Shown here piece after piece: positions 56,434 through 64,000 of a stretch of 64,000 nucleotides of DNA (its first letter is position 1; every line of letters starts with the position of its first letter). Position numbers and translations under genes: made by a program. This stretch comes from an uncultured Clostridia bacterium (lineage in GTDB: Bacteria; Bacillota; Clostridia; Oscillospirales; QAKW01): positions 1,656-65,655 of the forward strand of contig CANQVN010000001.1 of NCBI GenBank assembly GCA_947627315.1. The letters are read 5' to 3'. Under the pieces are notes generated by a model. That model saw nothing but the letters and a program-made list of their open reading frames with translations, ran no database searches and had not been told where the DNA came from.

Positions 56434-58101
56434 TTAATCCTCTACGGTGGATGTCGGAGAGAAATCCACCCTGCAAAATCCGTTGACGTCACAGTAAAAG
56501 TATCTGCTTTTACCGCCGTCATACAGTTCGATCACATCGGACGGCGCAATGCTCCTGCCGGGATAATCGTCCGGCAGGTCATCGTTGTAACGCCTGAAAA
56601 TCATTCTGAGCACGGTGCTTTCGGCGTCGTCTTCGGCGCACTGGAAAACACCGTCGTAAACCATTGAATAATCCTCTGCCGGAGGCTGTTCATAGCCCGC
56701 CTTGTGCAAAGCGGCTATCCCGCTGAAGGCAAACGCCTTTGTGGGACTTTCCTCGGTAAATTTCAACTGGTAAATGCGAAACGGCAGGTTTCGCCGCGAA
56801 GCCGAAAGCCGCCTTTCCAGTCCCTCATAATCTTTACGGAGATACAGCTCGTATTCCCGATCGGAAAATCCGAGAAATTCCGGCAGGGTTATCGTTTCGT
56901 CCGACGCCCTCCACTTTTCCGCATCTTTTTCAATATCGCCCAGCGTGCACAGACCGTATAAGTATCTTCGCTTAAAATTCATTAAATTTTCTTCCTCTCC
57001 TTTTTTCCTGTTCCGCAGCGCAAGCAGCCAGTCGTCAATGCCTTTGTAATTGGGGTTCCATGTAAGACGCTCAAATGACATTTCGTGTTTTTTTGCCATG
57101 CGGTACATCGCGAAAACGCCGCGGTTTACGTGGACGTTTCTGAATTTATCCATATCGACCGCCTCGATGATTTTCTGCGCTCCGTTTTCGGAAAGCAGAG
57201 CAAAAAGCATATCCAGCGGCGCCGTATTGTTAACGCCCATGACGGCGGCAAACGTTCTGCCGGTCAGATAGTGGGCGATGTCCGCCTTGAGCGGTCCTTC
57301 CGTCACGTATACAACGCGGGAGAACGGGTCGCCCGTAAAATGCGCCGAACTGCCGGACGAAACGCCCATCGGCTTGCCCGACGAAGAGAAGTTGATGTAT
57401 TTCGCTCCGGGCTTACCCTTGTCGTCGCACAGCGGAACGTCCGGTCGGATCTGAAATCCGTGAACGGTGCCGTTCACTCCGCGCAGCGGTATGATGATCC
57501 CTGCGGTCTTTGTGGAAAAATTCATTGTCCACCTGCCGTCCCTTTGGTAAAAGCCGGGTACTCCCTTGACGGTGTATCCCTGCTTTATCAAGCGGCTTGT
57601 CAGCGACTCGCACATACAAAACGGCGGTGTGGATTTATACCCCGACCGTTGTATCTGCTCGTCGGTAAGCCCGCGCACCTGCGTTAGATGCAGTCTGTGC
57701 CTGTCGGACAAGGCGAGCATATCGAGCAGCGCGGAAAGCGTGCGATGGATAACGGGATTTTCCGCCCGATCCGTGACGGTGTGCGCCTCGGCGGGTGCTT
57801 TGTTTTGCTTTGGTTTGTCATAAAGCGTTCCGTTTTGAATGCTGCCGCAAATTTCATGAAACGCGTCGGAATTGCTTGCGAGGCGTTTGAATTTTGCATA
57901 CAGCGACAACATGCCGCCCGACTGCCCGCAATAGTTGCATCGCCACACGTTTTTTTCATAGCATACCTTCATTTTTCCGCGGCTGTCGCCGCAAAACGGG
58001 CAGTTTGTATACACTCCGTCACAGCACTGCCTGCGAATATGCAGGTTCAGCAAATGCACAACGTCCTCAATGTCAAACGGAAAATCCCCCGATTGACCCA
58101 T
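56434..58101 (-). CDS. DNA primase-like protein (CHC2 zinc finger + Toprim)
   Basis: YTNCPFCGDSRGKMKVCYEKNVWRCNYCGQSGG...VVYVTEGPLKADIAHYL. Confidence 0.78.
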   Translation of the reverse strand: MGQSGDFPFDIEDVVHLLNLHIRRQCCDGVYTNCPFCGDSRGKMKVCYEKNVWRCNYCGQSGGMLSLYAKFKRLASNSDAFHEICGSIQNGTLYDKPKQNKAPAEAHTVTDRAENPVIHRTLSALLDMLALSDRHRLHLTQVRGLTDEQIQRSGYKSTPPFCMCESLTSRLIKQGYTVKGVPGFYQRDGRWTMNFSTKTAGIIIPLRGVNGTVHGFQIRPDVPLCDDKGKPGAKYINFSSSGKPMGVSSGSSAHFTGDPFSRVVYVTEGPLKADIAHYLTGRTFAAVMGVNNTAPLDMLFALLSENGAQKIIEAVDMDKFRNVHVNRGVFAMYRMAKKHEMSFERLTWNPNYKGIDDWLLALRNRKKGEEENLMNFKRRYLYGLCTLGDIEKDAEKWRASDETITLPEFLGFSDREYELYLRKDYEGLERRLSASRRNLPFRIYQLKFTEESPTKAFAFSGIAALHKAGYEQPPAEDYSMVYDGVFQCAEDDAESTVLRMIFRRYNDDLPDDYPGRSIAPSDVIELYDGGKSRYFYCDVNGFCRVDFSPTSTVED

Positions 58102-58134
58102 AGTCCATCTCCTCCCGTAATAAGCCGCGCAGCA

Positions 58135-58908
58135 TCAGGCAGCGTTTTGCAGCATGATTTTTGCGGCGGCGCGGAGAATGTTGTCCTTGCCCTGATAGCC
58201 CTGAACATAGAATTTAAGGCTTGCGGGCCGCCTGTCGGCAACCTGCGCGATTGTCCAACCGCTGCACGCGCCGTCCTTTACGACGTATTCTTTTGCCTGT
58301 TCCGTTGTCATAACGGAGCAGATTTCGTCAACCGTCATATCTTCCGAATAGGCGGGCGTTTCCGCCTCCGCTGTCGGCTCAGGCAACGCTTCGGCTTTTT
58401 GCTGCTCGACCTGCTCAGCGGTGTTCTGCTCCTCCGATGCGGTCGCCTCCGCCTTCGGTTCTGCCGGAGCGGGAACCGCTTTTGTCGGCACGTCGGCGTC
58501 TTCGGACGTTTCCGCCGTCTGCGGCTTGCAGGGAATAAACTGCACGCCGAATCCCGCGTCGGACAATGCCCGGTCTATGGCGGTATTCTGCGCCTTTTTG
58601 ATATAATCCCTATCCGTTTCGTTCTTTTCACACTCGGCGATGTAACTTGCAACCGGGTCGGCGTCGCGCCTGTCTAAGAATACGCGCGCCTCGATGATGG
58701 CGAGTTGATCGGTGAGCTTCACGAGAAACGGACGGACGATACCGTTTGGGTATTTTAATCTGAACCACAGTTTTTTGTACGGTAAATCGAGCGTCAGCCC
58801 CGTCTTTGTGTTTCTGACATATTGCAGCGGGTCAAAGCCCTTTACGCTGTTCAGTTCGGATACCACGGGGTTTACATGATACAGTGTTGTAAAGTCGGAT
58901 GCGTTCAT
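58135..58908 (-). CDS. Hypothetical, possible ssDNA-annealing/recombination partner of YqaJ
   Basis: KKAQNTAIDRALSDAGFGVQF motif and operon context. Confidence 0.4.
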   Translation of the reverse strand: MNASDFTTLYHVNPVVSELNSVKGFDPLQYVRNTKTGLTLDLPYKKLWFRLKYPNGIVRPFLVKLTDQLAIIEARVFLDRRDADPVASYIAECEKNETDRDYIKKAQNTAIDRALSDAGFGVQFIPCKPQTAETSEDADVPTKAVPAPAEPKAEATASEEQNTAEQVEQQKAEALPEPTAEAETPAYSEDMTVDEICSVMTTEQAKEYVVKDGACSGWTIAQVADRRPASLKFYVQGYQGKDNILRAAAKIMLQNAA

Positions 58909-58970
58909 AAGTCAATAAGACTCCTTTCATAAATAAATACAATTGATTTGTGGCAGTTTCCGCAATCGTT

Positions 58971-61220
58971 TCAGCTTGCTTGTTTCAATTCGCTTTTGTG
59001 AAGCGACTGAACCTTTAAATAATTGTTGATGCGTTCGCCCAGCGCGGTGTTGCGGACGCCCGTATCGTTTCTGCCTATCGCCATAATGAGCATTCCTTTT
59101 TGCCCTATCAGAATTACTTTGCGCTTGGCACGGGTAATGGCGGTGTAGATAAGCGTTCTTTTGAGCATGATGGCGTGACTGCGAATGATCGGCAAAATGA
59201 CAACGTCGTATTCCGAACCCATCGCTTTGTGGACGGTGGTGGCATACGCAAGCTCGACGTTTGCCATATCCTCCATTCCGTATTTGACCGTCCGATCTTC
59301 GCCAAAGGATATGACCACTTCGATATCGCCTTTGTCGTTTGTACGGATATCCTGTATAAAGCCGATATCGCCGTTGGACGCCGCCGTGCTGTTTTTCGTC
59401 TGCATCACTTTATCGTTGCAGCGAAAATACTTGCCGCCGACCTTCAGATCGGGCATATCGTCCCGGACGGGATTGACCATTTCTCTCAATACGATGTTGA
59501 GATTGTCAACCGCCGCTTCACCCTCCGAGCGGAACGGCGAGAGGATCTGTACCCGGTCAATGCCGTATTTGCTCACACGGTCGCAAAACACATCGCAAAT
59601 GACGGACGCCGCCTCCTGCTGCGTCGTGCATTTCATAAATCTGAAATCCTCGCCGTAGGTAAGCGCGCTTTGTCCCGCGTTGATGCTCTGCGCGTTGTAA
59701 GCAATAAGGCTGTCCTTTTTCTGGCGAAATATCTCGCCGAGCCTTGTAACGGGGATGTTGCCGCAGTTTATAAGCTCGCGAAAAACATCGCCCGCGCCGA
59801 CGCTTTGCAGTTGATCGGCGTCTCCGACCAGGACAACCAAGGTTTTTGGGTCGATCCGCGAAAAGAACCGATCGGCAAGCCACATATCCACCATGGAACT
59901 CTCGTCTATGATAATCAGGTCTGCTTCAAGCGGCGCAGTTTTGCCGCCCTTCGGGATAAATTCGCTGTCACCCACGAGCCCAAGCAGACTGTGCAGCGTG
60001 CTTGCGTCTTTTCGTCTGGTGCTTTCAGCCATACGGCGGCTTGCACGCCCCGTAGGTGCGGCAAGCAGGATCTTCCCTTTCGGATACAGGTATTCAAAAA
60101 CCTTTATGACGGCGCGAAGGACTGTTGTTTTGCCGGTGCCCGGTCCGCCTGTTATGATGGATAGTTTGCTTCTGAAAGCCATATATACGGCTTCCGTTTG
60201 CTTTTGGGAGAGCGTGATGCCCAACGTGTCCCTGACGCTTGCCAGCGCGGTGCGCACGTCGGAGTCCTTTGTTTTTTCGGAGAGCATTTTGGCGATTTTA
60301 CAAGCCGTTTCATCCTCCTGAACAAAGCATTTCGTTTGGTATATCCGTCCGTCGCTGCTCACCACTTCGCCTTTCAGTATCATTTGCTTCAGCACGGCGT
60401 CGATCTCCTCTTTTGAAACGTTTATCTGCGGCTCGGGGAGTTTTTCGTTTAACAGTTTTGAAGCCGTATGCAAAAGTTTTTCACCGCTTAAAAACAGATG
60501 TCCGTTATCGTTTTTCTGCGTATCCAACGCCGCGAAGATCGCGCCGTGTATCCGCATCGGCGCGTTCGGCTTACAGTCGCCTTTTAACACGATGGCGTCG
60601 ACACGCTTGAACCCGAAGCCGGATATGCGGCACAGTTCATACGGATCGTTTTGCAGTATTTCCACGCTTTTCGCGCCGAAATACTCGTAAATTTTCGCCG
60701 CCGTTACCGGTGTGACGTTAAACGGAGAGAGCAGTATCATCAAGTCTCTGAGCGATCGGCTCTGTTCGCATGAATTTACGATGCCGTCCAGCTTTTCGCG
60801 GGTAATGCCCTTGATTTCAAGCAGTCTTTCCGGTTCGTTTTCCAATACATTCAGCGAATCGGCGCCGAACCGCTCTACGATCAAAGCGGCGGTTTTCTCT
60901 CCGACGCCTTTTATGAGATGAGAGGAGAGATAGCCCTGTATACCGTCTTTGGTCTGCGGCACGATCTCTTCACAACTTTTCACCTGAAGCTGATACCCGT
61001 GCTTTCCGTTCTGCCAATCGCCGTCCAAAATCATGCTGACTTTATCGGTCAGGGGCAGTCCGTAACCCACGGCTACAAAGCGGATCAAATGATCTCTGTG
61101 CCTGTACGCGCTGCGTGCCTCTTGCGGTACGCTTCTGTCCGATGTTTTTACGCTTATAACGCAATATTTGCTTGTCGGGCTGTAAAATATAGTTCGGTCA
61201 TAAACGCCGAGATAGCCCAT
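58971..61220 (-). CDS. recD2: RecD2-like helicase
   Basis: SIITGGPGTGKTTVLRAV, LIIDESSMVDMWLADR, VELAYATTVHKAMGSEYDVVILPI. Confidence 0.92.
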   Translation of the reverse strand: MGYLGVYDRTIFYSPTSKYCVISVKTSDRSVPQEARSAYRHRDHLIRFVAVGYGLPLTDKVSMILDGDWQNGKHGYQLQVKSCEEIVPQTKDGIQGYLSSHLIKGVGEKTAALIVERFGADSLNVLENEPERLLEIKGITREKLDGIVNSCEQSRSLRDLMILLSPFNVTPVTAAKIYEYFGAKSVEILQNDPYELCRISGFGFKRVDAIVLKGDCKPNAPMRIHGAIFAALDTQKNDNGHLFLSGEKLLHTASKLLNEKLPEPQINVSKEEIDAVLKQMILKGEVVSSDGRIYQTKCFVQEDETACKIAKMLSEKTKDSDVRTALASVRDTLGITLSQKQTEAVYMAFRSKLSIITGGPGTGKTTVLRAVIKVFEYLYPKGKILLAAPTGRASRRMAESTRRKDASTLHSLLGLVGDSEFIPKGGKTAPLEADLIIIDESSMVDMWLADRFFSRIDPKTLVVLVGDADQLQSVGAGDVFRELINCGNIPVTRLGEIFRQKKDSLIAYNAQSINAGQSALTYGEDFRFMKCTTQQEAASVICDVFCDRVSKYGIDRVQILSPFRSEGEAAVDNLNIVLREMVNPVRDDMPDLKVGGKYFRCNDKVMQTKNSTAASNGDIGFIQDIRTNDKGDIEVVISFGEDRTVKYGMEDMANVELAYATTVHKAMGSEYDVVILPIIRSHAIMLKRTLIYTAITRAKRKVILIGQKGMLIMAIGRNDTGVRNTALGERINNYLKVQSLHKSELKQAS

Positions 61221-61292
61221 GCCGATACCTCCTTTAACGGATTATTCCGGTGCGGTTTTGCTTTCATATTGAACCACCGTTCCTTTCTTTAC

Positions 61293-62339
61293 TCACGCCG
61301 CATTTTCCTGCGCTCTTTTTACATAAAACCGTCTGCTTTCGGTAAACGTCACATACTCGCTATAGATGTCGGGGTGCCGCATTTGCAGGCGAAGCAGATC
61401 GTCCTTTGCCACGGTTGGCTTTCTGCTTGAATTATACGTCACGGTAAAGGACTCCCCGCCGTTTGAGCATACCGCCTTGCAGCTTGTCCCCATCTCCGCG
61501 ACTATAAACCCCTGCAATCGCTTCATTTCCTTTTCAATGTCTTTTGATTTTCCATCGGCGATTTTCTTTTGCGCCTGTAGTTCGGTAAAACGCTTAATGT
61601 AACTTAACAGTTGAAATTTAAGCTCCACCTGCGGTGCCGATGCATCGCACGGTCCGAAGTGATTTTTTACGCTGTTCAGAATAAGCGTGCCGTCCTCCGT
61701 ATAGGGCGGAGGTTCTTTTTTTAGAACATGATTGTTCCAGAAATTGCCCTCCAACGCGATAAGTTCTTCTTCATAAGCCGTGTCCCGCTCTACATGGCGA
61801 ATGCACACCTCGTCCTCGCTGTTGCCGTAAAGGCAGCAGTAATAAACGTGGTTCAGGTTCATCACGCACATATAATGTCTGCCCTGTATTTCGTAGTTGA
61901 CGGGGATCACCTCTCTGCCGTCCTGCCACCAGTGGTCTTTTGCATTGTAGTTGGTGGTCTTGATTTCCAGGATCGCGGTCTCGCCGTTCGGCAACGTGAT
62001 AAAGTAGTCGACGTCCGCCAACATAAACGTATGTTTCGGGTGTCGGAACATCTTATGAATCTGATAGATTTCAAAGCCTGTTTTGACCTTGAAAATTTCC
62101 GCCACCAGATCCTCAAGCAGATGACCTATGCGTTTTTTGACCCAATCGCCGTCCTCCTCAAAAGAAACGATATTCAATTTGTCGTAATACAGATCTCTTG
62201 CGGTGGCAAACGGGGAAACGCCGAGTACAGCCGCGGCGTCGCTGCCGCCGATACCCAGTCGTCTGTAGTTCAGCCAGTCTTTTTTGGAAAGCCCGGCAGT
62301 TTCTACGATAACGTCCGGTTTGTATGTTTCCTTTTCCAT
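61293..62339 (-). CDS. YqaJ-like viral recombinase exonuclease
   Basis: RRLGIGGSDAAAVLGVSPFATARDLYYDK...ADVDYFITLPNGETAILEIKTTN. Confidence 0.88.
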   Translation of the reverse strand: MEKETYKPDVIVETAGLSKKDWLNYRRLGIGGSDAAAVLGVSPFATARDLYYDKLNIVSFEEDGDWVKKRIGHLLEDLVAEIFKVKTGFEIYQIHKMFRHPKHTFMLADVDYFITLPNGETAILEIKTTNYNAKDHWWQDGREVIPVNYEIQGRHYMCVMNLNHVYYCCLYGNSEDEVCIRHVERDTAYEEELIALEGNFWNNHVLKKEPPPYTEDGTLILNSVKNHFGPCDASAPQVELKFQLLSYIKRFTELQAQKKIADGKSKDIEKEMKRLQGFIVAEMGTSCKAVCSNGGESFTVTYNSSRKPTVAKDDLLRLQMRHPDIYSEYVTFTESRRFYVKRAQENAA

Positions 62340-62554
62340 TTTTAAGTACCTCTGTTTCTTGTTCTTTGCGATATTGCGGCAGGGATATACACTGCCCGTA
62401 TCGGGTATTTCATTTGTTTTCTTGCCTCCTTTCTCCATGCTTGCCGCAGCGCGGCGCACCGTCCGATGTGCCGTCTGCGATGCCTGTGCCTTCTTCTCAT
62501 CATTTTTCCGCCTTTCTTGAAATATTCCAAACACCGTAAGGTGATTTTGGCAAT

Positions 62555-62619
62555 AAAAAAGCGAGAACGGCACAATAGATTAAAGTCGCCTGCAAAAGCA
62601 GAGCCGATGCCATTCTCAC
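62555..62619 (-). terminator. Second terminator-like hairpin in the YqaJ operon leader
   Basis: Minus strand gtgagaatggca ... tgccgttctcgc then T6. Confidence 0.6.
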
Positions 62620-62633
62620 TAAAAATTAAAAAT

Positions 62634-62757
62634 AAAAAAAGCCGATAAAATCATACCGTCAAAGGACGGTTGATACTATCGGCTGAATATACAAACTTAA
62701 CAACTTGTGCAATGCAGATCGTTCTGCGATCCGTTAAGGAAAAGCACATAAATCAAT
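62634..62757 (-). promoter_or_regulatory. Putative structured leader RNA (copy B) ending in a terminator hairpin
   Basis: Conserved with 28410-28534. Hairpin 62641-62683 (gccgatagtatcaaccgtc/gacggtatgattttatcggc), then a T7 run. Confidence 0.72.
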
Positions 62758-62766
62758 GACAACTAT

Positions 62767-62795
62767 AATATACCACAATATATTGTAGTTGTCAA
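62767..62795 (-). promoter_or_regulatory. Promoter of the YqaJ/RecD2/primase operon
   Basis: Minus strand TTGACA - actacaatatattgtgg (17) - TATATT. Confidence 0.72.
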
Positions 62796-63078
62796 TAGCG
62801 TTTATCTACATATTGATTTTTCAAAAAGCCTTTGCGGAAAACAAAGGGTACGGCTTATATTTATATTATGAAAAGGTACACGAAAGTGTGCCGATGTACA
62901 TTGAAAACCGAATAGTTCCCGCCGGGAGTTATACGGGATTTGCGGAAAGTATGCCACGACGCGGCTGCCGAGCGTGCCCGCAGATGAAACAGCGCACAGC
63001 GCGACCCGAAAATACGCACTTTGAGAGAGTGCAGGAAATGGCCCGGAACGGGAATGCCGAAATAAAAGGAGGAAAAAT

Positions 63079-63285
63079 ATGTTTATAAATACAGAAGAAA
63101 TACCTGTAACATTCGGAGCAGCGGAGTTATCATCTATACTCGGTATTTCGAGAAACAAGGCATATGAACTGATCCATACTGCGGGGTTTCCCAAATACCG
63201 GATAGGCAGAAAAATCATTATAAGTAAAAAGCATTTTTTAGAATGGATGGACAGGCAATTTGATGAATCCAATCGGCTGTATTAA
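63079..63285 (+). CDS. xis: Excisionase/MerR-like HTH_17 protein
   Basis: FGAAELSSILGISRNKAYELIHTAGFPKYRIGRKIIISKKHFLEWM. Confidence 0.75.
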   Translation: MFINTEEIPVTFGAAELSSILGISRNKAYELIHTAGFPKYRIGRKIIISKKHFLEWMDRQFDESNRLY

Positions 63286-63406
63286 AAAATGTTGAAAACA
63301 GCAATGTCCCCGTCGTATAATAATTAGACGGAGTAAAAACCCAAAGGTCCTTTAACCCGAAACATGCAAAACAATGCTTTTTGCTCAAAAAGGAGGTATA
63401 TTTTTA

Positions 63407-64000
63407 GTGAGCAGAAAGAAAGCAAACGGAGAGGGCTCCATCAGCAAGCGTTCGGACGGACGGTATATGGCGCGTTACACCGTAAACGGCAAAAGAAAAT
63501 ACATCTACGGTGCAACACACGGCGAAGTTCGTGAAAAACTTAACGAGAAACTTAATGAGATCGCAAAAGGCGAGTATATTGAACCAAATAAAGAAACCGT
63601 AGAAAAATGGCTCAAGGATTGGTTGGTAACGTATGCGCTGCCGACAGTTAAGCAATCGACCTACATTTCTTATGAAAGTTATATTCGCCTTCACATTTGT
63701 CCGCAGCTTGGCAATGTTGCACTGACTGCGCTGACGATAGAGCGATTGCAACTGTTTTTCAATCGTCTGAGCATTGACACGAATCAAAGAAAATCTCTGT
63801 CCCCCAAATCCATAAGGAATATCTACAATATGTTCCACGAAGCATTGGATCAGGCGGTGATCAATCGTAAAATTATACGCAACCCGCTTATTGGAATTAA
63901 ACTGCCCAAAATAGTCAAACAGGAAATACGCATTTTAAGTTTGGACGAACAGGCAAAATTGCAGAGCGCGGCATTCGACGCGCCTGAGCCGCAGGCATAC
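63407..64000 (+). CDS. int: ICE tyrosine integrase, N-terminal part (truncated by window)
   Basis: GTG start after AGGAGG. SRKKANGEGSISKRSDGRYMARYTVNGKRKYIYG... and SAM-like core-binding domain. Confidence 0.85.
   Translation, partial: MSRKKANGEGSISKRSDGRYMARYTVNGKRKYIYGATHGEVREKLNEKLNEIAKGEYIEPNKETVEKWLKDWLVTYALPTVKQSTYISYESYIRLHICPQLGNVALTALTIERLQLFFNRLSIDTNQRKSLSPKSIRNIYNMFHEALDQAVINRKIIRNPLIGIKLPKIVKQEIRILSLDEQAKLQSAAFDAPEPQAY

Noticed and set aside
1-64000. CRISPR arrays, reverse transcriptase/retron or group II intron
   Set aside because: No regularly spaced direct repeats and no YADD-type RT motif were seen in the supplied translations.

Overview
The window is most of an integrative conjugative element (ICE) from a Clostridia-like Firmicute. 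It starts just right of a host GH172/DUF2961-type gene. The left boundary looks like the 3' part of a CAT-anticodon tRNA at 2029-2073 (putative attL). The right side has an excisionase-like gene and the N-terminus of an integrase (63079-64000), so the right attachment site is outside the window. The backbone carries: a conjugation module (pilin/VirB6-like proteins, C39 peptidase, PrgI-VirB4 fusion, replication-relaxation-like protein, VirD4) with an embedded RelB/RelE-like toxin-antitoxin; a large Cna-B/VaFE-repeat surface protein plus class B sortase; sigma-70-like regulators; an RloA/RloB-like pair; SSB/DUF932/methylase-helicase genes; and a minus-strand DNA-processing operon (YqaJ, RecD2, primase, PcfK/AcrIIA9-like, PcfJ). 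An AT-rich cargo region (about 38.0-53.6 kb) interrupts this backbone. Its main feature is a 1,462-bp segment flanked by perfect 26-bp inverted repeats (38153-38178 and 39589-39614) that encodes its own tyrosine recombinase. A near-consensus promoter inside it currently points outward to the left into a terminator. Inversion would aim it at a roughly 13-kb same-strand gene set: acidic HEXXH protein, two adenylate-forming enzymes, Sel1-like protein, frameshifted acetyltransferase, SPFH/zinc-ribbon protein, membrane proteins and a HerA/VirB4-like ATPase. I infer a Hin-like, tyrosine-recombinase phase-variation switch controlling an undescribed multi-gene system. A second notable signal is a conserved promoter-leader-terminator arrangement shared by two distant ICE operons (about 28372-28534 plus strand and 62641-62795 minus strand), which looks like a cis-regulatory RNA. 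All family calls come from motif reading without database searches.
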